Below the pieces are notes generated by a model. That model ran no database searches, was not told the DNA's origin, and saw only the letters and a program-made list of their open reading frames with translations. Positions 53,813 to 64,000 of a DNA stretch of 64,000 bases are shown here, piece after piece (within the stretch, counting starts at the first letter, position 1; the number at the start of each line of letters is the position of its first letter). The position numbers were made by a program, and so were the translations under genes. The DNA comes from Lama guanicoe (Eukaryota): contig MU057102.1 in the NCBI GenBank assembly GCA_013239625.1, positions 1,141,432 through 1,205,431 of the forward strand. The letters are read 5' to 3'.

Positions 53813-56525
53813 TGAGCTCCTGTGCGGGTCAGACCTGGCCCTCAGGAGCTGAGGGTCAGTGAGGGTGGCTGACATGTAAATGTGACAGTGCGGACAGCAG
53901 CCATCAGGTAAAGGACAAACAAAATGGAGTGTAGTAGGGGTGGGGGGCCTTCTGGAGGAGGTGACTGCAAAATTAAGTCTCGAAAGTCAAGCAGGAGTTA
54001 GCCACAAAAATAGTGGGCTGAAGACACTCCCAGGGCAGGGGAAGGGTCATCATTATTCCCAGAGACCCATGACCCAGCACAAACCCTGGCACCTCCTCCA
54101 GGAAGCCTGTCAGCCTGTGTGGAGCTCTTCCCCTCCTAGGATCCTCACATTGCCTGGACGGCAATCCAGTTCACAGAGAGGGAGATTAGGGCTTGAGGTG
54201 GGGTGCGACCTGCCCCAAGTTTCATAGCAGGGACACCCCACCCCACAAGCACCCCGGCTGAGCCCCTGCCCTGTCGGAGCTGGACGGTTAGGAGCTGGGA
54301 CCTATTTTTCATCCATCTCTGAGCCTCGCAGTGGACGCAGATGAGGGTCTGGAAATGTCTCCGCTATCGCTCCCCCTGCACGGGCAGAAGGCCCCCCATC
54401 TCCCCCATTCCGGGTCTAGCATTGCACCAGCACGGCGTCCCTGCTCGTGTTGGTTGAGGGGTGAGGGTGCCCCAGCCCAGGTGCTGAGTTCTCCCCCTCC
54501 CCCTACCCAACGAATGGCATCTAGGAGCTGGGGAGGCCCTGGAGGACCCCCACTTGGTCGGTAACCCCAACCCCTGCCTGCCTATGCACTGGCGACACCT
54601 GGTGGTCAGAAGTAGTCACTGCATTCTTCTATGTCAGCCAGGCAGCGCTGGAGGATTCCACGGGCAGCCGTGACCACTGCAGCTGAGCCCCACTGAGGTC
54701 CAGACCCTGAGCAGTCCAGGCGCTACGTGGCTCAGGCCCTGTGTGATCCAGGCTCTGTACAGTCCAGGCTTGTACTGTTCAGGCTCTTTGTGTCCAGGAT
54801 TCGTGTAACTGGTTCTTCAAATGCTTTGCTGCAGGAGGAGCTGGTACCCCCATAGGACAGACAGGGGACTGAGGCTCGGCACCGTCAGCTAATTTGGATA
54901 GGATTAGGAGAACGTGGGGGGCTTCAGTGCTCAGGACCCTGCATCCCTGTGGCCGTGTGGGCCTGGGACTCTGGGACCCCACACCGTGTGACCCTAGGAC
55001 CCTGCAACCCTGCTCACTCTCTCCGCGTCAGTGCCCACCTTCCTGGGCTTGGAGTCTGGTGGTGGAACAGGACTGTGGCCGATCTCACCTGGGCTCGACG
55101 CCTTGAGCTCTCTCTGCCCCTGGGCCGTCTGAGGGTGGGGCCGCAGCCAGCATGTACCACCCGCGTTCAGAGCGACTGGGTCAGTATCTCAGCTCTGAGC
55201 TGTGCTGAGATCCCTCAGCTCAAAACAAGAAGGGGAAACTGAGGCTGGGGAGGTGAGCAGAGTTGCCCAGGGTGGGGCTGAGGGAGCCGGGCCAGGGCCA
55301 GCTCCAGGCCCCAGGCGTCTGAGCTAAGTCCAGGCAGAGCTCTCGCTCCCTCCAGGTGATCTGTCCGCAGTCACTCCCAGGAGGAAGGAAAGGGCAGGGC
55401 TGCGGCTGAGGCCAGAGAGCAGAGAACCCTCCGCTTCCTTCCAAATGGGCTTCCCAGACTGCACGACCACCACAGCTTTGCCGTGACTGCTCAGTCAGGG
55501 CCAGGCTGCCTTGACCGCGCTGAGGCTTCGGAATTCCGTCAGGACCACCAGCGCCATGCTCCGTGGGTCCAGGAGGGAGAGAGGTCACCTTGTGCCCTGC
55601 GTGTGACCCAGGGGCTCCACTGCCTGGGACGGGGCAGGAGGAGGAAGAGAGGGCTGCTCTGGGGTCGAGGGGCTCACGGCGTCTTGCTGCTGGTCTCCCT
55701 GAAACAGGCTGCCTTTAGCCTGTGTGTGGTAAGGTTTGGAATAGGAAAGATTTATGTGTGAATCCTGGGTCTGCCACCCACTCGCTTCTGCACGCATGTG
55801 TGCACACACGCATGTGCACAGGGATGCACGTCCTTCTGTACTGTCCAGGCTCGTACTGTCCAGGCTGTTCTGGCCAGTTCCTTCCTCTTTGCTGGGATGC
55901 CCCTTCCTCCAGGAAGCCCTGCCACCCACCCCAGGCAGAGCCGGCTTCCTGGGGCTGCCACAGGCCGCTGAACCTCCCTCTGCACCAGCACAGGCACTTG
56001 CGCTCACTCTTGCCCCTAGAAGCAGTTGTGTCTCCGGCTCCACGCGAGGCCCAGGCCATGGTCGGCGCTGGGACCGTATTCACTGAATTGCTTCACTTAC
56101 CTGCTTCAATTTTCTTCTGGTCCTTGCTCTGCATGGGGGGCAGTGAGGAGCCAGGGCTGGTGACTCTGGACTTTGTCCTTGGTCCTGGGAGCCATGGTAA
56201 ACCCAGGAATGGACAGGCTATGTTTGGGAGGACATCCCGGCCTGGGGATGTTGGGTTTGAGGCAAAGATGCATCTGATATGGGAGCCCATGTCCTGGGGG
56301 GAGTCACGCCCCCTCAGGGTTGCAGGGGATGCGGACAGCTGACACCTGTGTGGTGCTTTGCTCTGGCCTGGCCCGGGGAAGGCGGCCGTGTGGGCATCGG
56401 TGTGGACATGTGCTGCAGGTGTCATGCCATGGGGCGGGCCCTGCCGGGGGCCTCAGAGCAACTGGTCAGACCCACTTCAGCTCCAGGGGAAGCTGTAGAT
56501 ATCCCCCCAGAGGCCCCAGGGGTGA

Positions 56526-57176
<651 letters not shown>

Positions 57177-57268
57177 GCCCCATCTTTGCAGACGTGGCCT
57201 CGGTCTGTCCCAGTGTCTCAGGTGGCTCATTCTGGGAAACAGAGGCACGATGCTCGGGGCCAAATAGA

Positions 57269-57274
57269 AATAAA
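57269..57274 (+). terminator. Polyadenylation signal AATAAA of SH3TC1 (3' UTR about 120 nt)
   Basis: First AATAAA after the stop codon, 92 nt downstream. Confidence 0.8.
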
Positions 57275-58124
57275 TGGATTTTCCAGAAATGTCCTGGAGT
57301 CTGCAGGGTCCCCTCCCTGGGCTGCCTCCTGGGGAGCATCTGGGGACCAGGCTCTAGCCCTGGGGTCCACCCTGCTGCTGCACCCCGACCTCAGCTATGT
57401 GCGGGCAGGTTCCCCAGCCGGCCACTCACCATGCAGCCTCGGGCACGTCCTTCCTTCAAACCCGTTTTCTTGCCTGTTAAAGCAGAGACAGTCGGCCGTG
57501 GGATTCGCTGGGCGCCCTCTCCCTTCCCTGGACTCACCGTGTCCAGCACTGCGCTCAGCCTTTAGTCCTCACTCTGCCCTGCGAGCTTGGGACTGTTACC
57601 TCCACTCACAGTTGAAGAAACGGAGGCACAGAGAGGTCAGGTGCTTGCCCACAGTCACACAGCAGGAGTCAGGGGCAGAGCTCCAGAGCCCAGCGCAGTG
57701 ACCACCGCACCACCCCACCAGCCTGACCCAAGTGATGTGTTCTATTAGGACCCAAGGGCGGGTACACGGTTCCAGACCTCTCCACCTTTCGTCTGTGTCC
57801 TGAAAGGGATGGAAACAGGAGAAGGGGGCCCAAGTGCTCCCCTATCCCGGTGTCCTCCAGCCCAGTATGACCAGTGCCACTTCCAGCCCCTGGTCAGCCC
57901 TCAGGATGCAAGGTAGCAGAGCCTCCAGCCCTGCGTGGAGTCCCCGATCTGGGCCGCCTACCCTAGCCCTCCCTGCCCTCTCCCTTTCTTCCCAGCAACG
58001 AGCCAGGGGCCAGGAATCTAGGCAGGGCTGAAATTGCTCCCCAGTTTACAGACAGGGACCCGAGGCTCCGAGGCTGTGTGCATCCCGGTGGCTCGCACCC
58101 CAGGGCGCTACTCCAAGCTTCTCT

Positions 58125-58290
58125 TGTTAATGAGGTGAAACTCGCATAACATAAAATGAGCCCTTTAAAGCGAACGGTTTGGTGGCATTCAGCACGTTCA
58201 CAGTGCTGAGCGGCCATCACTGTCCAGCTCCGAACATTCTCACGTCCCCAAAGAGACCCGTACTTCCCGTCTCCCGCCCCGAGACCCTCA
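58125..58290 (-). mobile_element. Old L1 (L1MB-like) 3' end fragment
   Basis: gaggtgaaactcgcataacataaaatgagccctttaaag...gcattcagcacgttcacagtg resembles reversed L1M 3' termini. Confidence 0.55.
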
Positions 58291-58516
58291 TTCAACCGGC
58301 GGGAAGTGGAGGCCTGGAGAGGGCTCCCGGTGGGGCCGAGCCCTGGTCTGCTTCTGTGCCGCGGGGAGGCGGAGAGGCGGAGAGGCGGCAGAGCCCGGAA
58401 GGCCCGGGTGGGGTCGGGGTGGCGGGCAGGGGAGCTCGTCATCCCCCCTCTAGTCCTGGAGTTGGGGAGGACCCCCAACTCCCTCGCCCCTCCTGCAGGC
58501 CCCGCCCAGGCCTCCC

Positions 58517-58531
58517 CCACCAGGGGGCAGC
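58517..58531 (+). promoter_or_regulatory. CTCF consensus motif
   Basis: CCACCAGGGGGCAGC matches the CTCF core CCASYAGRKGGCRS exactly and lies in a small CpG-rich patch. Confidence 0.65.
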
Positions 58532-60439
58532 AGAGAGCTTCCCAGAACTGGCGCCTCCCCAGCCTAGCAGAACTGCCAACAAACATCTAACCTTGACCCC
58601 AGGCTGCCTTCTTTGTGGGCTGGGTGGGTTTGGAAAGTGGGGAGGAGTCCGCACTGTAACTGAGAACATGGAGACATGACGAAGGCAAGCGCCATCACGA
58701 TCGCCCTGAGGGCACGTCTCTGGGGACAGCGACCTGCTGGGCAGCGTCCCCGGGCTGGGCCTGCGGCCAGGCCGCGTGGGGTGGGGCCGGCGGCCCGGTC
58801 ATGCTTGGCCCTCCACCTGCCTTGGAATCCGTGCCTTCCTTGACCTTCTACCAGCTGCCCCTCCCGCCTGGGGTCCCAGCCTTGCGTCCCGGGACCCCTT
58901 GCTCTTGGGCAGCAGAACTGGAGGCCCAGAGGAGGCTCTGGGTTCAAATCCCAGCCCCTCATTTAGAGGCTGCGGGGTTTGGGTTGAGAAAGCTGACTTC
59001 TCTGAGCTCGTTTGGTCACAACTCAAACGAGGCTGCTAATCTCAGGATCTGGGGTTGAACTGAGGATTCGAGGAGCAGAGGGCTCAGCTCAGTGCCAGAC
59101 CCCAGGCTTAGCGTTGCCTGTTTCTTATTAACGGCGCTCATTACTGTGGGAAGAGCTCCAGCCGCCGCAGGCTGCCGAACACTGAACCAAAGGCTGAGTC
59201 ACTCCTATCAAGTCGCTTAACCTCTCAGACCCTCAGTCTCTTCTTTGTCTGTAACCAAAAACAAACCCTACCTCAAGGTTCTGAGCATGAAGACAGACCG
59301 TGTGCCGGCCACAGAGTGGGCACGCAAAACAGGGCAGCCAGCCAGCACCCCGTTTGTAGCCGAGGTAAGGAGCAGGCGGGTGGAGGCCAGCGCCCAGCTA
59401 GCTTGGGCCCCAGGCCACCTGGGTTCCAGTCCTGCTCTGCTCGAAGGCCGGGGCTCCGGGCGGCAAGGCCCACTTTCAGCAGAGTGGATGTGAGATGGGC
59501 ATGCGCCCGATACGTAGTAGGCACACAGCCCAGAAGCCCCACTGCCCCAGTTTTAGAAAGAGGGCCCCTCCTTTCTCATTCAGGTTCACCGTGTACTCAC
59601 TGTGCACAAGCTCCAGGCTCAGGTTGAGCATCCCATGTGGGGATGGGGAACAAACGGCCCCTCCTGGAGATAAAATCATGCTCCCTGAAGGCCCTCCACC
59701 CACTTTCCCAAACAGAGCAGGACAGCAACCTGCTCAGAGTCACACAGCCCCACCTCTGACTGAGGGGCCCTGGAGCTCCGCCCCAGCATGCTGTCCCCTC
59801 CTTGCAGACCATGTCTTTCTCTGCACCGGCTTCATCTGAGGTCCCTAGCTTTGGATGAGGAAACTGAGGCTCAGAGAGGGATGGTGACCATCACAAGGAT
59901 GCACAGCATCTGCCACCTTCAATATCACAATGGAGCCACAGCAGTCCATCGCCTCCAAACAGCAGCCAGGTGGGAGATGCAGGAGCTGGGTGCGTCTCTG
60001 CTGAGCTCTCCCGGGCCGAGGTCTCCGGAGGTGGGCGAGCTCATCTCAGGGAAGAGGGAGCCCCCCATCAGCAGAAGGTCCAAGCAGGCTGCGGCGGGTC
60101 TCCCGAGGGCACGGAGAGGTGCGTCCAGGCCGGCCCGAGGGTCTGCAGGGGGCAGGATGCCCCGGGACGAGGCTCTGCACCGTCTGTGATACCCTGTAGG
60201 GGAGCTTGCTAGCAGTCAGCTCGGGCTTCCTTGGGGGTCCAGTGCCCTGGCTGGGAAGCGGGGCTGTCAGTCACAGGCTGTGTAGCTGGTGTGACCTGTC
60301 TGCTGGCAGCCAGGTGGGGGTCCATGTAGGTTCAAGTCTAGGCTTTGCCTCTCTCCAACATGGTGTGTCCTGGAGCACGCAGCAGTGGGTGTCTTTCATA
60401 TGCTGGTATGCCCTGCCCTCCCTGAGCTTCGGGTTTCCC

Positions 60440-60911
60440 CGAAGGCGATGAAGATTACGTTCCTTGGCCGATTGTTATTATTCAAATAATAATTTGGGTG
60501 GGCCTGACCCAATCAGGCGAGCCCTTTATAAGAGGGTCCAACCTTCCCTGCAGGGAGAGATTTAAAGCTGCAGAAATTCTCCTGCAGGCTCAAAGATGCA
60601 AACAGCCGTGGTGTGAACTGCCTGTGGAGGGGGCCATGTGACGAGGAGCTGAGCGGTTCCCGGCCAACAGTCCTCAACAATATGGGGACCTTAGTCTTGC
60701 AACCACAAGGAACTGAAGTTTGCCAACAACCACGTGGTGTGGAAGGGGTCCCTGATTCTCAGGCAAGATCACAGCCCAGCTGACACCTGGATTTCAATCT
60801 GCTGAGACCCTGAGCGGGGAGCTGTGCCGCTTCATGACCAAAGAAGGTAAGTGGGTGTGGTTTTAGCCACTACATGTGTGGTAATTTGTTATGAAGTACA
60901 GATAACAAACA
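60440..60911 (+). mobile_element. MaLR LTR (MLT1E-like)
   Basis: gggtgggcctgacccaatcagg, caaccacaaggaactga, tgccaacaaccac, cccagctgacacctggattt, gtggtaatttgttat. Confidence 0.75.
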
Positions 60912-62289
60912 CGGAGGCCACGGCCCAGGAGTCCCTGCAGCCCGGAGCCCCAGCTAGGAGGACCCACATTTGGCAGCCTGCCTGGCTGTCCTGCCCCGCA
61001 GACCTCCACCTGCACATGCCCACCTGCCCGTGCTCTCCAGGCTCCACAAGTCTGCACGTGAGGCCTTGAGTTTCAGCTCCTGCACCAGGAGTTAAGGGGT
61101 GCAGGGCCCCAGGCTCTCAGCCACCCTCCAGCCCAGCTGCACCCCCAGGCAGCCGGTTTCAGGGTGCCCGTCGCTGAGCAGAGGGCAGTCTTCTAGGGCA
61201 GGCCTGGATCCCTGGGGCTGATGGGCTGTGCGGGGCGCTGCTGTCCTCCAGGGGCAGGTGCTTCTGGCTGCAAGCAGAGCCCTTGCTCGCCTGGGCTGTG
61301 TTCACCAGGCCAGCCCTCACCTCCATCCAGAACCAAAACCAGGATTTCTCCACATTTGTGGCTTCAGGCTGGGTTTGCACTGCATCCCGGGAAGAGGGAA
61401 CGTGGGGTAGGGGTGTCTCCAGGAAGCAGGAGCGTCCTGCCCAGAGCACGCAGCAGGCTCCGTGGCGGCTCTAGGCCCGTCTGCGGGGTGGGGTGGCATC
61501 TCTGGGGACCTGTCAGTTTGGGGAGGCCATGAGGCTGGAGGAGGGCAGGGCCAGGATTCCAGGGAAGTCCAAGGGAGGGAGGAGCGGCTCTTACAACACT
61601 GACGTCTCAGGCTCCAGACGGGCCTGCCCCTCGGGAGGGGTAGCAGGGCTGGCAGATCCCTCACCAGGACGGGGACAGGCCCAGGAGCAGGCCCCCCCAC
61701 CCCAAGGGGCAGAGCCTAAGCGGCTGCTACCCAGGCAGCAGGCCAGCAGGGAGGGCCCCGCAGCGTGCACGCCGCAGGATGCTCTGTCCTGCACGAGCAG
61801 ATGTGCCCGCTCCCAGCAGGGCCTGGATCCCGGAGCCGAGCGTGGGGGTGGGTGAGCCCTGACCTCGGCCCAACCAGAGGACATCTGCCTCCCAGGACGC
61901 TCCAGGGGCCCCGCCTGGGACGGAGAGGCCTAGGGGGGTGGCCCTGGGGGTTCGGGTTAGGAGGCTGGGGCCGCAGTGAGCTCAGCTGCCCACCTTGTGA
62001 CCTTCGCAGACCCTCACGCCTCACCCCAATCCCCAGTCAATAGTCGGACAGATCTAAGGAATACCCTAGAGCCCCCTGCATGGGTGCAGGAGAAACATCC
62101 CAGGCCCTCTCACCCCACCTTTGATGGGTACTCTTAGCAAATAAGGGCCAGACCCCCTCAACCTGAGAAGGGTTTCCCACCACATTGGGTGGAGCCTCAG
62201 ACGTGTTCCCAGTGAGGCTGAGGATGAGGCCGTGGCCTCCACCGTCACTTCTAGTCAGCGTTGCGTCAAAGGTCCCAGGGAACGCAGCA

Positions 62290-63170
62290 AACCAAGGAAA
62301 AAGAAAAAGGTTCAAAGGCTGTTAAATAAGAAACAATGACCATTACTAATCGATGATACAATTGTTTGCGTAGAAAACCCCAAGTGAGTCTCAGACAACT
62401 CTGAGGATTAATAAGAAGCCAGGTTTGCTGGGAAGAGAGCGGGGAGAAAAGCCAGCCTCTCTCCTGCAGACCAGCTGCCATGAGTCAGGGAGCGCTGTTT
62501 GAAAAATCGCACAGTCCAGGATATCAAGAACGTGCTGCGCCCAGCAGGGAACCTAAGCGACACTGACTGTGTTCCTGGCAGGAAAACCCCATGTGGCAAA
62601 ATGTCAGTTTTCTTCAAATTGGTGGACACCTTAGTGGCAATTCCAAAAACTCCCCCAGGGTTTGTGTAAGATTTCACGAACTGATGCTGAGATGTACATG
62701 GAAAGGCAAAATTTCAGGAACACTGCAACATCCCTAGAAAAGAGGAAAACATTGTGGAGGGGGGCCTTGCCGATCAGATCTCATGGTTTATTATAAAGTT
62801 ATTTCATGAATACAGGGTCACGTTGAGACAGGGATAAATAAATAACTATGGGGAAAAATCGAAAGCCTAGAGTAGAACTACCCAGCATGTGGACGTGGTA
62901 CAAAGTGTGCAGGGCTTCTGGGAGAAGTCGCTTGCTTCAGTAACCACAGAGGGACTCCTCGTTGCCCACCTTTGAAACGGAATCCCTACCTCACAGCCTC
63001 CTCAAATACCCATTCCTGATTTAAAACCAAAATACGGGAAGTGGAAGTGATGTGAACCTCTTAAAAAAAAAAAAGAATAGTTTCATGAGCCAGGGTGGCA
63101 AGGTATGTCTCTAACAAGACACAAATAGCAGGAGAGGAGAAGGCTGATGTTTGTCTCCATTAGAATTATA
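62290..63170 (+). mobile_element. Degenerate L1 ORF2 (RT and downstream) relic
   Basis: GATGATACAATTGTTTGCGTAGAAAACCCC (62352-62381) encodes DDTIVCVENP, compare L1 RT ADDMIVYLENP; A-rich strand bias. Confidence 0.7.
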
Positions 63171-63177
63171 TACCAGC

Positions 63178-63342
63178 GGGGAGGGTACAGCTCAGTGGTA
63201 GAGCACATGCTTAGCATGCATGAGGTCCTGGGTTCAATCCCCTGTACCTCCACTAAAAATAGTAGATAAATAAATAAACCTAATTACCTCCACCCGCCAA
63301 ATAAAGATAAATAAAACAAAAATTAAGAAAAAATTTTAAAAA
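63178..63342 (+). mobile_element. tRNA-Ala-derived SINE (camelid vic-1-like)
   Basis: GGGGAGGGTACAGCTCAGTGGTAGAGCACATGCTTAGCATGCATGAGGTCCTGGGTTCAATCCCCTGTACCTCCA followed by the shared tail AAACCTAATTACCTCC and an A-rich end. Confidence 0.88.
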
Positions 63343-64000
63343 GACAGCTCAGACACAGCAGAAAAACAAGCCACAAGCTTGGAGAAGATACTTGCCGGAG
63401 GCAGCTGTCCCCTCCACACCGGCAGCCTGGGGCAGGCGGGAGAGTGCCCCACAGGGAGGGAAGGGGGTGGCCTGGAGCCTGGGGACGCAGGTCCTGTGTG
63501 GGCGCCGAAGGCCCTGCAGGAGACAGGAACACAGGTCGGGGCTGGCGGGCTTCCTCTGGGAAGCTCAGGTCCTCAGACTGCTGGGTGAGGATCCGTCTGC
63601 CCTCGAGGGCTGCTTTGTTCTGGGTCTGGGGTCTGGGGTCTGAGAGCTGGGTTTCGCTTCCTTTGGGGGGTGTGTGTATGTGTGTGTGTGTGAGGGAGGG
63701 AGGGAGGGAGAGGACTGGGGGAAGATGGCAGCAAGGACCGCCCAGGTCCGCCGCCCCGCTGCCTTCCCCGGGGGTTCAGAAAGCAGCATCCCCGAGAAAT
63801 GCCGCTTAAAGGGACAGACAGGCCTCAGAAGGCAGCTGTTCGGGGCTCCTGGCACTTTCGACCATCCCCCTGGCCACGTGAGGGATCTAGGGCCCTGGTG
63901 GGACGTGTCCAAGGGCACACAGCCCAAGGGGTCTCGGCTCTGATGCTCAGAGCTGCACGCCTGTGAGCAAGTCACTCCCTCGGAGTTGTGGTTCCTCACC

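Noticed and set aside
63181-63252. Apparent tRNA-Ala(AGC) gene with a perfect anticodon stem CATGC-TTAGCAT-GCATG
   Set aside because: Mismatches in the acceptor and T stems, and it continues into the same AATTACCTCC/A-rich tail as the copies at 10165 and 19976. It is a SINE head.

Overview
This is GC-rich mammalian genomic DNA, not prokaryotic. Three copies of a tRNA-Ala(AGC)-derived SINE resemble the camelid vic-1-type SINE, so the source is probably a camelid (inference). The window holds one complete protein-coding gene on the + strand, SH3TC1 (SH3 domain and tetratricopeptide repeats 1). I traced 17 coding exons from ATG 27410 to TGA 57176; all introns are GT-AG and phase-consistent, giving 3972 nt and 1323 aa. 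There is a CpG-rich promoter with a candidate non-coding exon 1 (about 20580-20934), an AATAAA at 57269 and a consensus CTCF site at 58517. The rest is intronic or intergenic DNA with ERV1 and MaLR solo LTRs, old L1, L2, MIR and hAT relics, and simple repeats. Nearly all ORFs in the six-frame track are GC-rich shadows. I found no CRISPR array, operon or novel multi-gene system. The best hypotheses concern SH3TC1 isoform control: (i) a uORF and tandem-acceptor arrangement that could switch initiation to a downstream AUG encoding a myristoylation-consensus N-terminus, (ii) a candidate distal promoter near 8 kb, (iii) a cryptic stop/poly(A) mini-exon in intron 11 that would give an SH3-only form, and (iv) a perfect 21-bp duplication that doubles an NR4A element in intron 1. 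Repeat family names come from remembered consensus sequences, not a database search. Exon numbers assume one non-coding first exon.
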